Shown here: positions 1 through 10,491 of the stretch, one piece after another
Layout of the letters: every line of letters begins with the position of its first letter
How positions within the stretch are numbered: the stretch's first letter is position 1
Assembly: GCA_964423425.1 (NCBI GenBank)
Contig: CAYRES010000004.1
Coordinates: forward strand, 136,256-200,255
Reading direction: 5' to 3'
DNA from: an uncultured Gaiellales bacterium
GTDB taxonomy: Bacteria; Actinomycetota; Thermoleophilia; RBG-16-64-13
DNA length: 64,000 nucleotides
Position numbers and translations under genes: made by a program
Notes under the pieces: generated by a model
Databases searched by the model: none
Told to the model about the DNA's origin: nothing
What the model saw: the letters and a program-made list of their open reading frames with translations, nothing else

Positions 1-2
1 TG

Positions 3-122
3 GATCTTGAGGAGCTCGCCGCCGAGGGCCCGGAGGGACTGTCGCGCTCGGCCGTGAACCACCGGCTGCGGCGCTTGGTGGCTGCGGCAAGAGATGCAGG
101 ATTGCGGCAGGGGCTATGGTAG
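3..122 (+). CDS. whiA: 3' end of a WhiA-like DNA-binding protein (partial, runs off the window start)
   Basis: Frame 3 reads ...DLEELAAEGPEGLSRSAVNHRLRRLVAAARDAGLRQGLW* (stop 120-122). The LS+SxVNHRLR+L helix-turn-helix tail resembles the WhiA C-terminus. Its position just upstream of pgk-tpiA-secG matches actinobacterial synteny. Confidence 0.5.
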   Translation, partial: DLEELAAEGPEGLSRSAVNHRLRRLVAAARDAGLRQGLW

Positions 123-297
123 AATCGGGCCCGCCCACAGGCAGCTTCGCTGTAGCGTGAGGTGGGGTCGCGCCGGGTCCACACACCCTCATCACTCGGC
201 CTCCGTCCGCCGACGTGCTTCGACTTCAAGAGCCTGTGCAGTCTTTTAGTTGGGCCGTCCTTTGAACACGCATCCGTAAGGCAGGAAGGAATCCACC

Positions 298-1485
298 ATG
301 GCAAAGAAGAGCGTCAAGGATATCGACGTAGCCGGCAAGAAGGTACTTGTCCGGGTTGATTTCAATGTCAAGCTGAAAGACGGCAGAATCAAAGACGACA
401 CACGCATTCGCGCCGCACTCCCCACTATCGAGTACCTACGTGGGCAGGGAGCCAGGCTGATTCTCGTCTCTCATCTTGGCCGGCCGAAGGGCGCAGCCGA
501 AGAAGGCCTCAAGATGGACCCTGTTGCCGCCCGGCTCTCGGAGTTGCTTGGGGCTTCCGTCAATAAAGCCGACTCTCTGGTGGGCGCCGACGTGGAGAAA
601 CTCGCGGACGCACTCGAACCCGGGGGAGTGCTGCTTCTCGAGAACAGCCGTTTCGACCCGCGCGAGAAGAAGAACGATCCTTCCCTTGCTGCAGAACTTG
701 CCGACCTGGCGGAGGTCTACGTGGATGATGCCTTCGGCACCGCGCACCGGGCACACGCGACCACCGCGGGTGTCGCCGAGCATCTGCCCGCGGTTGCCGG
801 TTTTCTCATGGAAAAGGAGATCGAGGCCCTCTCCGCGGTGGTGGTGAATCCGGGCCGCCCCTTCATCGCTGTTCTGGGTGGGGCGAAGGTGTCAGACAAG
901 ATAGGCGTCATCGAGAGGTTCTTGGATATCGCCGACGAGATTCTCATTGGTGGAGCGATGTGCTTCACCTTCATCAAAGCGCAAGGGTACGAGGTGGGTA
1001 CGTCACTGGTGGAGGAGGAGGAGGGTTTGGCGGTGGCCGGACGCATTCTCGAGAAGGCGGCGGGAGCCGGCTGTGAGCTGCATCTGCCCACCGACGTCGT
1101 GGTGGCCGAGAGGGCCGAGGAGGATGCGGCCACGCAGATCGTAGCCGCTACTGCCATCCCCGAGGGCTGGATGGGCCTCGACATCGGCCCCGAGACCCGG
1201 GCCGCCTATGCCGCCAAGATTGCCGGCGCAGGCGGCGTCTTCTGGAACGGTCCCATGGGCATGTTTGAACTCGCTCCCTTTGCCGCGGGCACCCAAGCCA
1301 TTGCCCAGGCCATGGCCGACTGCCCGGGCATGACGGTGGTGGGCGGCGGAGATTCACTGGCCGCCGTGAACTCCCTCGGCCTAGCCGACAAGATGGGTCA
1401 CGTGTCCACCGGAGGCGGGGCCTCGCTGGAGTTCATCGAAACCGGTGGAGAACTGCCCGGTGTCGCCGTCCTCCTCGACTCATGA
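298..1485 (+). CDS. pgk: phosphoglycerate kinase
   Basis: 395-aa ORF with N-terminus MAKKSVKDIDVAGKKVLVRVDFNV and the VVGGGDSLAAV motif. Full-length PGK architecture. ATGA stop/start overlap with tpiA. Confidence 0.97.
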   Translation: MAKKSVKDIDVAGKKVLVRVDFNVKLKDGRIKDDTRIRAALPTIEYLRGQGARLILVSHLGRPKGAAEEGLKMDPVAARLSELLGASVNKADSLVGADVEKLADALEPGGVLLLENSRFDPREKKNDPSLAAELADLAEVYVDDAFGTAHRAHATTAGVAEHLPAVAGFLMEKEIEALSAVVVNPGRPFIAVLGGAKVSDKIGVIERFLDIADEILIGGAMCFTFIKAQGYEVGTSLVEEEEGLAVAGRILEKAAGAGCELHLPTDVVVAERAEEDAATQIVAATAIPEGWMGLDIGPETRAAYAAKIAGAGGVFWNGPMGMFELAPFAAGTQAIAQAMADCPGMTVVGGGDSLAAVNSLGLADKMGHVSTGGGASLEFIETGGELPGVAVLLDS

Positions 1486-2258
1486 GTACGAAGAGGAAGC
1501 CGGTTGTCGCCGGCAACTGGAAGATGTACAAGACCAGCTCCGAAGGCGCCGCCTTCGTGCGCGGCCTGATCGAGGAGCTGCGGGGGCGAGCTGTCGATGC
1601 GTCGCGGGTGGAGGTGCTGGTGGCTCCGCCCTTCACCGGCCTGTTCGAGGCGGTGGCCGCGTGCGCGCGTACTCCTCTCCGTGTCGCGGCTCAGAATGTC
1701 TACTTCGAGCAAGAGGGTGCGTATACCGGCGAGGTGGCCCCTCCCATGCTGGCGGCCCTCGGGGTGCGATGGGTCATCGTGGGTCACTCCGAGCGGCGCC
1801 AGTACTTCGGTGAGACGGACGAGACCGTGGCGAAGAAGGTGCGGGCGTGTCTCGACGCCGGCCTCACGCCCATCATGTGCGTAGGAGAGTCCGAGAAGGA
1901 GAGGGAGGACGGCCTGATGGACGACGTGCTGCGGCGCCAGGTGGGTGCCGGTCTCGCCCTGCTCACGTCCGGTGAGGTCTCCGGTATCGCCGTCGCCTAC
2001 GAGCCCATCTGGGCCATCGGCACGGGCAGGACGGCCACGCCGGAGTTGGCGCAGGAAGCCTGCGCCTTTGTGCGCGCCCAGGCCGAGGCTGCAGCGGGCC
2101 CGGGGGCCGCCGGCAGCCTGAGGGTACTCTATGGGGGCAGCGTGAAGCCGGACAACGCGGAAGAGCTCTTCGCGCAGCCGGATATCGATGGGGGACTGGT
2201 AGGAGGCGCCAGCTTGGAGGTGGATTCCTTTGCCCGCATCATCGCACACGCACAGTGA
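1482..2258 (+). CDS. tpiA: triose-phosphate isomerase
   Basis: 258-aa ORF with the VAGNWKMY, VIVGHSERR and AYEPIWAIGTG motifs. Confidence 0.97.
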   Translation: MSTKRKPVVAGNWKMYKTSSEGAAFVRGLIEELRGRAVDASRVEVLVAPPFTGLFEAVAACARTPLRVAAQNVYFEQEGAYTGEVAPPMLAALGVRWVIVGHSERRQYFGETDETVAKKVRACLDAGLTPIMCVGESEKEREDGLMDDVLRRQVGAGLALLTSGEVSGIAVAYEPIWAIGTGRTATPELAQEACAFVRAQAEAAAGPGAAGSLRVLYGGSVKPDNAEELFAQPDIDGGLVGGASLEVDSFARIIAHAQ

Positions 2259-3798
2259 AGACACAGGGGGCGGCGGCAGTGGCCGCCGCCCTGTCGCCTT
2301 GGTCATCTTGGACGGATGGGGCCACGCTGAGCCCGGGCCGGGCAACGCGATAGCGCGGGGGCGGACCCCTTTCTTCGACTCGCTGCTCCAATCGTATCCT
2401 CACACACTTCTCGCGGCGAGCGGAGAGTCGGTGGGCCTGCCGCCCGGGGTGATGGGCAATTCGGAGGTGGGGCACCTCACGCTGGGCACGGGTAGGATCA
2501 ATTACCAAGACCTGTCGCGCATCAACCGGGCCATCGATGACGGCACGTTCTTCAGCAACCCGGTCTTGGGCCCGGCCATGGTGGCAGCCGCCGCGGTTGG
2601 CGCAGGAGTGCACCTCATGGGTCTCGTGTCCGACGGCGGAGTGCACTCGGCCATGAGACACATCTATGCCTTGGTCGACATGGCCAAGGACTGCGGGGTC
2701 GAGCGCCTCTATGTGCACGCGTTCACGGATGGGCGCGACACTCCACCTACGTCCGGCGCGGAATACCTGGAGGCTCTCGAGCGTCATCTCGACGAGGTGG
2801 GCCTGGGCGGTATTGTGACGGTCGCGGGGCGCTACTATGCGATGGACCGCGACAAGCATTGGGACCGAGTGAAGCTTGCGTACGACGCCTTGGTGAGGGG
2901 TCAAGGTTTGCGCGCCGATTCGGCGGTGGAAGGGCTGCGCCGCTCGTACGACGAGGGTACCACCGACGAATTTGTGCTTCCCATGGTGGTGAGCAACGAC
3001 GCCGAAGCGAGGATCAGAGACGGCGACACGGTCGTATTCTTCAACTTCCGCGCCGATCGTACACGAGAACTCACCCGGGCCATCATCAGCCGGGAGTTCG
3101 AGGGGTTCGACCGGGATGGCCCGCCGCCGAAGGTCCACTACATCGGTATGACGCGCTACGACGCCTCGTTCGATATCCCGGTGGCGTTCCCGGACACCCC
3201 ACCCCGGGCACCGCTCTCCAGGGTTGTGAGCGAGGCCGGGCTCACGCAGCTGCACATAGCGGAGACCGAGAAGTATGCCCACGTGACGTTCTTCTTCAAC
3301 GGTGGCCGAGAGGAGCCGTTCCCGGGCGAGAGGCAAGTGCTGGTGCCCTCTCCCCGCGAGGTGGACACCTACGAGGAGAAGCCGGAGATGAGCGCCTATG
3401 AGGTGGCCGACCGGTTCTGTGCCACTCTGTCCGAGGACGCACCCGACTTCACCGTGCTGAATTTCGCCAACGCCGACATGGTGGGGCACACAGGTGATCT
3501 CGAGGCGGCGGTCGCAGCGGTGGAACACGTCGACCGTTGCCTGGAGCAGGTGGTGGCGGCACTCCTTGCGCGGCAGGCTCTCGTGCTCGTGACCTCCGAC
3601 CACGGTAACGCCGAGAGGATGCTGAGTGATGACGGTGAGGCCCACACTGCCCACACCACCAACCCGGTGCCCCTCGTCTTCTTGCAGAAGGGAAACGCGT
3701 TGAGGCCGGAGGCAGGGCTCTCCGACATCGCGCCCACCGTCCTTCAGTTGCTGGGTGTGCCCATCCCGCCGGATATGACGGGCTCACCTCTGTGGTAG
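2230..3798 (+). CDS. gpmI: 2,3-bisphosphoglycerate-independent phosphoglycerate mutase
   Basis: 522-aa ORF with the LVILDGWG and GNSEVGHLTLGTGR motifs and a C-terminal TSDHGNAE. The only in-frame start upstream of the conserved N-terminus is TTG at 2230, overlapping the tpiA end, so the start is uncertain. Confidence 0.92.
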   Translation: MPASSHTHSEDTGGGGSGRRPVALVILDGWGHAEPGPGNAIARGRTPFFDSLLQSYPHTLLAASGESVGLPPGVMGNSEVGHLTLGTGRINYQDLSRINRAIDDGTFFSNPVLGPAMVAAAAVGAGVHLMGLVSDGGVHSAMRHIYALVDMAKDCGVERLYVHAFTDGRDTPPTSGAEYLEALERHLDEVGLGGIVTVAGRYYAMDRDKHWDRVKLAYDALVRGQGLRADSAVEGLRRSYDEGTTDEFVLPMVVSNDAEARIRDGDTVVFFNFRADRTRELTRAIISREFEGFDRDGPPPKVHYIGMTRYDASFDIPVAFPDTPPRAPLSRVVSEAGLTQLHIAETEKYAHVTFFFNGGREEPFPGERQVLVPSPREVDTYEEKPEMSAYEVADRFCATLSEDAPDFTVLNFANADMVGHTGDLEAAVAAVEHVDRCLEQVVAALLARQALVLVTSDHGNAERMLSDDGEAHTAHTTNPVPLVFLQKGNALRPEAGLSDIAPTVLQLLGVPIPPDMTGSPLW

Positions 3799-3901
3799 CC
3801 GGCAGCCGTGCTATGGGCTGTGGTGCTGCCCCAGGTGATTAGTGGTAATCTAAACTGATGATTTGCGTTCACCACTCATTGACGACGAGGAGACAGTCGC
3901 C

Positions 3902-4126
3902 GTGAAGGTATTCTTGGTAGTGCTCGATGCGGTCATCGCCGTCGGGCTTGTGGTTTCGATTTTCTTGCACTCGGGCAAAGACGCCGGGTTGTCCATGACG
4001 TTTGGAGGAGCCGGTGGTTCCTTCGGTGGCACCGGTGTCGTGCAGAAGAATCTCGATCGCATCACAGTGGCGCTCGCCGTTGCCTTCTTTGCGTTAACGG
4101 TCGCTTTGGGGTTTGTGATCATCTGA
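3902..4126 (+). CDS. secG: preprotein translocase subunit SecG
   Basis: Small two-TM protein with the LHSGKDAGLS...FGGAGGSFGG loop typical of SecG. The GTG at 3902 is preceded by GAGGAG (3886-3891). The ORF-track start at 3863 is probably too far upstream. Confidence 0.85.
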   Translation: MKVFLVVLDAVIAVGLVVSIFLHSGKDAGLSMTFGGAGGSFGGTGVVQKNLDRITVALAVAFFALTVALGFVII

Positions 4127-4252
4127 ACACAAGCATGTGCCGGCTTGAGCTCGGCCGCTGATCGGGCTGGCTGCCGGTGGAGGGAGGTGATACGAGCAAG
4201 GTCATCTCACGTGAAGCCACCTGAGCACGCAACAAGATGGGGAGGTTACACC

Positions 4253-5935
4253 TTGAACAAAGCAACTCGTAGTTGGCTCGGCCTGTTCTTGGCGGGGGTC
4301 CTGGTTGTAGCGATGGCTGTGTTCGCGGTCGGTTGCGGCACCAGCGAGACCACCACCACCACGGCCGGCGGCGGTGATGACACCACCACCACTGCACCCC
4401 CGGATACGGGCGATCTGGCCGAAGACCAGACGCTCATCATGAACATCAACACGGAGCCACCCAGCCTCGATCCGAACCTGGCCACCGATACCACCTCCGT
4501 CAAAGTCATCAATCAGATCTTTGAGGGCCTGGTTCATATGAACTACGACGGCACCGTGACCCCGGCTGCCGCCGAGAGCTGGGAGGTGAGCGACGACGGT
4601 CTCACCTACACCTTCACCTTCCGTGGCACCGACACGTGGTCGAACGGCGAACCCGTCACCTCCATGGACTTCAAGAACTCCTGGATCCGCATTCTCGACC
4701 CGGAGACGGCTGCCGACTACGCCTACATGCTCTACGTCATCGCAGGGGCTGAGGAGTTCAATGCCGGGGAGGGTTCGGCCGACGATGTGGCCATCGACGC
4801 CTCCGACCCCACCAAGCTGGTGGTGACTCTGGTGGGTCCGGCCCCCTGGTTTGCCGAGATGACCTCGCACCAGTCCTTCTTCCCCATCCCCTTGGCCACC
4901 GTGGAGCAGTACGGGGACAAGTGGACCGAGCCTGAGAACATCGTCACCAACGGCCCGTATCAGTTGACCGAGTGGAACCATGAGTCCGATCTCACCATCG
5001 AGAAGTGGACCGACCACCGCATGGCAGACGAGATCACCCTCGAGAGCTGCAAGATGGTCATGATCATCGAAGCGACCACCGGGGTGGCCGCTTTCGAGAA
5101 CAACGAGATCGATATCCAGTCCGACCTGCCCACGGCCGATATGGCGAGGCTGAAGCAGCTGCCTGAGTACCAGCTCTTCCCCATTCTCGGCATCTACTAC
5201 CTGGGCTACAACACTACCCGTGAGCCATTGGACAACGCCGACGTGCGCAAGGCGCTCGCCTTGGCCATCGACCGCCAGTCCATCATCGACAACGTGGCCC
5301 AAGCCGACCAGAAGCCCGCACTCGGCTTCGCTCCGGAAGGGCTGCCCGGCTTCGACGTCTTCAAGCAGAGCTTCCTGAGCCCCACGGCCGACGTGGCCGC
5401 GGCTGAGGAGCATCTGGAGAAGGCCGGCTTCCCCGGCGGTGAAGGCCTGCGGGAGATGCTCTACTACTACAACACCAGTGAAGGCCACCAGGCCATCGCC
5501 ACCGCCGTCCAGGAACAGCTCCGCCAGGTGGGGGTGAACGTCACCCTGCGCAATATGGAGTGGAAGCAGTACATCGACTACTTGGGCAACCAAGAGAACG
5601 ACTTCGACCTGTTCCGCATGGGCTGGGTGGCCGACTTCAACGACGCCTTCAACTTCTACGACGTGCTCCGCGGTGGGGGCGGCAACAACTACACCGGCTG
5701 GGTGAACGACGAGTTCGACCAGCTTCTCAACGATGCCCTCAAGGCCGACGATGAAGCAGCCCGCTGGGATATGTACAAGCGGATGGAAGAGATCCTCAGT
5801 GTCGAGGACATGCCGGTCATGCCCATCTACTGGTACACCAACCCCGAGTTGGTGAAGAGCTACGTGGAAGGCTATGAGCCCAATCCGCTGGGTGAGCTCA
5901 CCAACCTGTGGACGGTGAAGATCAAGAAGCAGTAG
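4253..5935 (+). CDS. ABC transporter substrate-binding lipoprotein, family 5 (peptide/nickel, OppA/DppA/NikA-like)
   Basis: Signal peptide plus lipobox (LFLAGVLVVAMAVFAVGC) followed by a Thr/Gly-rich linker, then a family-5 SBP body of ~500 aa. TTG start at 4253 is preceded by GGGGAGG. Followed by two permease and two ATPase genes. Confidence 0.88.
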   Translation: MNKATRSWLGLFLAGVLVVAMAVFAVGCGTSETTTTTAGGGDDTTTTAPPDTGDLAEDQTLIMNINTEPPSLDPNLATDTTSVKVINQIFEGLVHMNYDGTVTPAAAESWEVSDDGLTYTFTFRGTDTWSNGEPVTSMDFKNSWIRILDPETAADYAYMLYVIAGAEEFNAGEGSADDVAIDASDPTKLVVTLVGPAPWFAEMTSHQSFFPIPLATVEQYGDKWTEPENIVTNGPYQLTEWNHESDLTIEKWTDHRMADEITLESCKMVMIIEATTGVAAFENNEIDIQSDLPTADMARLKQLPEYQLFPILGIYYLGYNTTREPLDNADVRKALALAIDRQSIIDNVAQADQKPALGFAPEGLPGFDVFKQSFLSPTADVAAAEEHLEKAGFPGGEGLREMLYYYNTSEGHQAIATAVQEQLRQVGVNVTLRNMEWKQYIDYLGNQENDFDLFRMGWVADFNDAFNFYDVLRGGGGNNYTGWVNDEFDQLLNDALKADDEAARWDMYKRMEEILSVEDMPVMPIYWYTNPELVKSYVEGYEPNPLGELTNLWTVKIKKQ

Positions 5936-5978
5936 CGAAGGGATGTCTGATATCCGGTCGCGGTCTACGCGTCGGATG

Positions 5979-6030
5979 AGAAGAGACAGGGGCGGCGCGG
6001 GGGAAACCCGGCGCCGCCCCTGTCTCTTCT
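5979..6030 (+). terminator. GC-rich hairpin terminator after the substrate-binding protein gene
   Basis: Inverted repeat AGAAGAGACAGGGGCGGCGC...GCGCCGCCCCTGTCTCTTCT with ~20-bp arms, 44 nt after the stop codon. No clear U tract. Confidence 0.6.
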
Positions 6031-6174
6031 TCCCGGTCCACCTTGGCGGGGGTTCTTTTTCAGTGAGACGCGTGGGATAATCACGGCGCGTTCTTCGGCC
6101 GTCCGCCGGGTTGTCGAGGTGGCGCCGGGCGCCTTGCGGTTGACACGTTCGGCTCAGCAGGGAGCGAGTGGCGA

Positions 6175-7092
6175 GTGTTCAAGTTCATCATACGGCGTGT
6201 GCTATGGGCCATTCCGGTCATCCTGCTGGTCATTCTCTTCACATTCCTCCTCATGAAGGCGATTCCTGGGGGTCCGTTCACGCAGGAGAAGCGCCTTCCG
6301 GCGGAGATCTTGGCCAATCTCAATGCGAAGTACGGCTTGGATTCGCCGTGGTACGTGCAGTACGTGAGGTATGTCTGGCACACCTTTCAGGGTGATCTCG
6401 GCGTCTCCATGACGCAGAAGGGCCGCACGGTGGTTGAGATCATCGGTAACGCTTTTCCCGTATCCATGCAACTGGGCGGTATGGCTTTTCTACTTGCCAT
6501 GCTCATAGGCGTGCCGGCCGGAGTCATTGCCGCCCTGCGCCATAATTCGTGGATCGACTACACGGCCATGTTCTACTCCACGGTGGGGTGGGCCATACCG
6601 GTGTTCATCATCGGACCCATCCTCATACTCATTTTTTCCTTGCAGCTGGGCTGGTTTCCCACCTCGCGCTGGGAGGGGCCGAAGTACTGGGTGTTGCCTG
6701 TAGTCGCCCTGGGCACGGGGCTGTCGGCCTACTTCGCTCGCCTTACCCGGGGCAGTATGCTCGAAACACTGCAGCAGGATTACGTACGAACGGCACAGGC
6801 GAAGGGCCTCGCCTACCGCACGGTTGTGTTCAAGCATGTGCTGCGCAACTCACTTATCCCCGTGGTGACGCAGGCGGGGCCACTGCTGGGTTTTGTCATC
6901 ACGGGGAGCTTTCTCACCGAGTACATCTTTGCCATCCCCGGTTTGGGCAAGTTCTATGTGACCAGTGTATCGAACCGTGATTACTCGGTGGTCATGGGTC
7001 TCGCCGTGCTTCTTTCTGGCGTCATTGTGGTGGCGAATCTCATCGTCGACATCATCTACGGTTTTCTCGACCCGCGTATCCGCTACGAGTAG
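6175..7092 (+). CDS. ABC transporter permease (OppB/DppB-like)
   Basis: 305-aa polytopic membrane protein. N-terminus MFKFIIRRVLWAIPVILLV and the YVRTAQAKGL motif are typical of the first permease of peptide/nickel ABC importers. Confidence 0.9.
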   Translation: MFKFIIRRVLWAIPVILLVILFTFLLMKAIPGGPFTQEKRLPAEILANLNAKYGLDSPWYVQYVRYVWHTFQGDLGVSMTQKGRTVVEIIGNAFPVSMQLGGMAFLLAMLIGVPAGVIAALRHNSWIDYTAMFYSTVGWAIPVFIIGPILILIFSLQLGWFPTSRWEGPKYWVLPVVALGTGLSAYFARLTRGSMLETLQQDYVRTAQAKGLAYRTVVFKHVLRNSLIPVVTQAGPLLGFVITGSFLTEYIFAIPGLGKFYVTSVSNRDYSVVMGLAVLLSGVIVVANLIVDIIYGFLDPRIRYE

Positions 7093-7101
7093 CGAGCCAT
7101 C

Positions 7102-8037
7102 GTGACAGAAGAAGGCTCCTCACATCAAATCGATCGGACTGTGGTGATACCGGAGTCGCTTGACGCCGGTGCCCCCCTGACGTTGAAGCAGTCCACCCTA
7201 TGGGGCGATGTCATACGCCGTTTCGTGCGTAACCGAGCCGGCATGGCCGGCCTCATCGTCATTGTCATCTTCATCATCTACTCCACGATAGGGCCCTTGA
7301 TCCGCCCGTACGGGTTCTCCGAGCAGGACTTCTCCGTGGCCTACCAATTGCCGAACGCACAGCATTGGTTCGGCACCGACATGTTTGGCCGCGACCTATT
7401 CGTGCGTGTTGCCATGGGAGGTAGAGTCTCGCTGCTTGTCGCCTTTGCCGCCACCGGTGTGGTCTTGGTGGTGGGCATTCTCTACGGGTCGATCTCCGGC
7501 TTTGCGGGGGGCATCACCGACAACGTGATGATGCGTTTTGTCGATGTGCTGTACGGGCTGCCCTATTTGCCGTTTGCGATCATCATGATCGTGCTCCTCG
7601 GCAGTGGGGTCGTTCCCATGCTGCTTGCGCTGGCAATCGTGTCGTGGCTCACACCGGCGCGTCTGGTGAGAGGCCAAATACTCACCCTGAAGCAGAATGA
7701 GTATGTCGAGGCGGGGCGGGCCATGGGTGCATCGCGAGGGCGCCTCATCTTCCGGCACCTGCTGCCGAACACACTCGGCATTATCGTGGTGGCGATGTTC
7801 CTCGAGGTGCCGGCGATGATCCTGGGGGAGGCCACGCTGTCCTTCCTGGGCCTGGGCATCTCCGCTCCGAACGCCTCCTGGGGCACGCTGGCCGAGGAGG
7901 GGTGGAAGGCCCTGCGTTCCCATCCCTGGCTCATCATCCTCCCCGGCTTGTTCATTGCCATTACCGTGCTGGCCTTCAACTTCGTGGGTGACGGTTTCCG
8001 CGATGCCATCGATCCGCGCACGAAGGAGACCAAGTGA
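7102..8037 (+). CDS. ABC transporter permease (OppC/DppC-like)
   Basis: 311-aa polytopic membrane protein with the [11 protein letters not shown] motif. Overlaps the downstream ATPase gene by 4 nt. Confidence 0.9.
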   Translation: MTEEGSSHQIDRTVVIPESLDAGAPLTLKQSTLWGDVIRRFVRNRAGMAGLIVIVIFIIYSTIGPLIRPYGFSEQDFSVAYQLPNAQHWFGTDMFGRDLFVRVAMGGRVSLLVAFAATGVVLVVGILYGSISGFAGGITDNVMMRFVDVLYGLPYLPFAIIMIVLLGSGVVPMLLALAIVSWLTPARLVRGQILTLKQNEYVEAGRAMGASRGRLIFRHLLPNTLGIIVVAMFLEVPAMILGEATLSFLGLGISAPNASWGTLAEEGWKALRSHPWLIILPGLFIAITVLAFNFVGDGFRDAIDPRTKETK

Positions 8038-9026
8038 GCCCTCTGCTCGAAGTGAAGAACCTGAAGACGCAGTTCTTCACCCGCGAAGGTGTGGTGCATG
8101 CGGTCGACGGTGTGAGCTACTCCGTCGACACGGGCAAGACGCTCGGCATCGTGGGCGAGAGTGGCTGCGGTAAGAGCGTGAGCGCTCTGTCGATCATGCG
8201 GCTCATACCCGACCCTCCGGGCAGGATCGTCGAGGGCAGTATCTTGTTCGACGGCAAAGAGTTGACCATGTTGCGGGAGAGGGAGATGCGTTCTATACGC
8301 GGCAATCACATCTCCATGATCTTCCAGGATCCCATGACCTCGCTCAACCCGGTGCTGAGGATCGGCACCCAGATGACCGAGGCCATCCGTCTTCACCTGG
8401 GCTTGTCGAAAAGGGAAGCCGCCGACCGGGCGGTAGAGCTTCTCGAGGCCGTGGGCATGCCTGACGCGCGCAGGCGCCTGCGGGATTATCCGCATCAGTT
8501 CTCGGGTGGCATGAGGCAACGAGTGATGATTGCCATGGCACTCAGTTGTGATCCCAAGCTTCTTATTGCCGACGAGCCGACCACAGCGCTCGATGTGACC
8601 ATTCAAGCCCAGATACTCGATCTACTCGAACGCCTCCAGGATCGCTTTGGGATGTCGATACTTCTCATCACCCACGACTTGGGGGTCGTGGCCGGGGTAG
8701 CCGATCATGTGGTGGTCATGTACGCGGGCCGAATTGTGGAGCAGGCTGATACCAATGAACTCTTCGCCAATCCGCAGCACCCCTACACGGAGGCGCTGCT
8801 CGCCTCCATTCCCCGGCTTGATGACACGGAGCGCGGGGCTCTGGCGAGCATTCCCGGCATGCCTCCCGATCTGGTCGATCCACCGCCCGGTTGCCGCTTC
8901 AGCCCGCGTTGCCGCCATGCGACAGCCTTGTGCCGCGAAAGGGAGCCGGAACTCCAGTCCTTCAACGGCACCCCCCATCTCGTCTCCTGTCTCACGCCGA
9001 GCAACGAGCGGGAGGGAGCAGCATGA
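8034..9026 (+). CDS. ABC transporter ATP-binding protein (OppD/DppD-like)
   Basis: Walker A GESGCGKS, signature FSGGMRQRV, Walker [13 protein letters not shown], and the C-terminal oligopeptide-type extension with a PPGCRFxPRC motif. Confidence 0.93.
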   Translation: MSPLLEVKNLKTQFFTREGVVHAVDGVSYSVDTGKTLGIVGESGCGKSVSALSIMRLIPDPPGRIVEGSILFDGKELTMLREREMRSIRGNHISMIFQDPMTSLNPVLRIGTQMTEAIRLHLGLSKREAADRAVELLEAVGMPDARRRLRDYPHQFSGGMRQRVMIAMALSCDPKLLIADEPTTALDVTIQAQILDLLERLQDRFGMSILLITHDLGVVAGVADHVVVMYAGRIVEQADTNELFANPQHPYTEALLASIPRLDDTERGALASIPGMPPDLVDPPPGCRFSPRCRHATALCREREPELQSFNGTPHLVSCLTPSNEREGAA

Positions 9027-10066
9027 CTCAGGTGACGAGAGAAGCCACCCCGGTCGCCCCCGGCTCCGGCACATGGAGCGGTCCTCTGCTCCAGGTCGAT
9101 CACTTGGTCATGCACTTTCCCATAACCTCAGGCGTGATCATCCAGCGCACCATCGGTATCGTTCACGCGGTGGAGGACGTGAGTTTCGAGATAGCGAGCG
9201 GGGAAACGCTGGGCTTGGTGGGCGAGTCGGGCTGCGGCAAGACCACGACCGGTCGTTGCATCCTCATGCTGCACAAGCCCACGTCCGGCAGCATCAAGTT
9301 CGAAGGCAAGGAACTCACCACTATGCGCGGCCAGCGGCTGCAGGCCATGAGGCGCAATATGCAGATCGTCTTCCAGGATCCATACGCGTCGCTGAACCCG
9401 CGCATGACGGTGGGCACCATTGTTGCCGAGCCGCTCAACATCCACCGCATCGGTACGAAGCCTGAGCGCAAGGAGCGGGTGAGGGAGCTACTCGATGTGG
9501 TGGGTCTCAATCCACAGTTCACCAATCGCTATCCGCATGAGTTCTCCGGCGGGCAAAGGCAGCGCATCGGCTTGGCACGTGCCCTCGCACTCAACCCAAG
9601 CCTCATTATCTGCGACGAGCCCGTGTCGGCCCTCGATGTCTCCATTCAGGCGCAGATGTTGAATCTCTTGGAGCATCTCCAGGGGGAACTCAATCTGACG
9701 TATCTCTTCATCGCGCACGATTTGTCGGTGGTACGGCACGTCTCCGACCGGGTGGCGGTCATGTACTTGGGCAAGATTGTGGAGGTCGCCCCCAGTGTCG
9801 ATCTCTACAAGAATCCGCTTCACCCTTACACCTTCGGCCTGTTGTCCGCGATTCCCATTCCCGACCCGCAGGTGGAGAGTCGACGCAAGCATCAGGTGCT
9901 CGAAGGTGATGTACCCAGCCCGTCCAATCCTCCTTCGGGGTGCGTGTTCCATCCTCGCTGCTTCAGAGCCAAGGAGGTATGCAGCCAAGAGGTGCCGCCC
10001 ATGGAAGAATACGGTTGCGGTCACTCTGCCGCCTGCTTCTTCCCCCTCTCCGGTCCCGCTTCCTAG
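9023..10066 (+). CDS. ABC transporter ATP-binding protein (OppF/DppF-like)
   Basis: Walker [10 protein letters not shown], signature FSGGQRQRI, Walker [14 protein letters not shown]-terminal [13 protein letters not shown] at 9023 overlaps the upstream stop (ATGA). The ORF-track start at 8891 lies inside the previous gene. Confidence 0.93.
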   Translation: MTQVTREATPVAPGSGTWSGPLLQVDHLVMHFPITSGVIIQRTIGIVHAVEDVSFEIASGETLGLVGESGCGKTTTGRCILMLHKPTSGSIKFEGKELTTMRGQRLQAMRRNMQIVFQDPYASLNPRMTVGTIVAEPLNIHRIGTKPERKERVRELLDVVGLNPQFTNRYPHEFSGGQRQRIGLARALALNPSLIICDEPVSALDVSIQAQMLNLLEHLQGELNLTYLFIAHDLSVVRHVSDRVAVMYLGKIVEVAPSVDLYKNPLHPYTFGLLSAIPIPDPQVESRRKHQVLEGDVPSPSNPPSGCVFHPRCFRAKEVCSQEVPPMEEYGCGHSAACFFPLSGPAS

Positions 10067-10076
10067 CCGGGGGCGC

Positions 10077-10085
10077 TGGTATACT
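10077..10085 (+). promoter_or_regulatory. putative extended -10 promoter element (TGGTATACT) for rnpB
   Basis: TGnTATACT lies 7-8 nt upstream of the predicted RNase P RNA 5' end (G10093). No good -35 hexamer is seen. Confidence 0.4.
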
Positions 10086-10092
10086 CGTTTGT

Positions 10093-10458
10093 GCAGCCCA
10101 GGCAGCCGCGGAGATGCACTTCGCAAGAGGTGCGGTCTTCGAGGAAAGTCCGGACACCGCAGAGCGGGGTGCTGGATAACGTCCAGCAGGGGAAACCCTC
10201 GGGAAAGTGCCACAGAAAAGACACGGCACGCGCAGGACCAGTGCGTCCGGCGCTGCAAAGGTGAAATGGTGCGGTAAGAGCGCACCGGCGTCGTGGTGAC
10301 ACGGCGGCCTGGTAAACCCCACCCGGTGCAAGGCCTCATAGGGAGGCGATTGAGGGTTGCTCGCCCGATGCCTCCGGGTTGGCCGCATGAGGCGTGCGGC
10401 AACGTGCGTCCCAGATGGATGGCTGCCCTCGACAGAATCCGGCTTATCGGGCTGCTGA
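10093..10458 (+). ncRNA. rnpB: RNase P RNA, bacterial type A
   Basis: Universal P4 motif GAGGAAAGTCCGGAC at 10141-10155. Other conserved blocks are ACAGAAAA, GGTAAGAGCGCACC, GGTAAACCCCACC and ACAGAATCCGGCTTATCGG. The 5' GCAGCCC (10093-10099) pairs with the 3' GGGCTGC (10449-10455) as helix P1. Ends are approximate to +/-5 nt. Confidence 0.9.
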
Positions 10459-10461
10459 CAC

Positions 10462-10491
10462 GACGGCCCGCCCGGGATCGGGCGGGCCGTC
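10462..10491 (+). terminator. hairpin terminator after rnpB
   Basis: GACGGCCCGCCCG-GGAT-CGGGCGGGCCGTC, a perfect 13-bp stem directly after the rnpB 3' end. Confidence 0.6.

Noticed and set aside
2239-3654. Very long antisense or alternative-frame ORFs. Examples: 471 aa antisense to gpmI, 463 aa at 4202-5593 antisense to the SBP gene, 418 aa at 15023-16279, 421 aa at 17411-18676, 505 aa at 20079-21596 antisense to fhs, 406 aa at 55049-56269, and 405 aa at 13792-15009.
   Set aside because: These are typical high-GC artefacts. Their translations are Arg/Pro/Gly/His-rich with no recognisable motifs, and each overlaps a confidently identified gene in another frame or on the other strand.
4253-10066. 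Whether the five-gene family-5 ABC importer is a nickel (NikABCDE) system serving the Ni-dependent ACS.
   Set aside because: Peptide and nickel importers of this family cannot be told apart by eye from the sequence. No NikR or Ni-responsive element is visible. It is called generically as a peptide/nickel-type importer.
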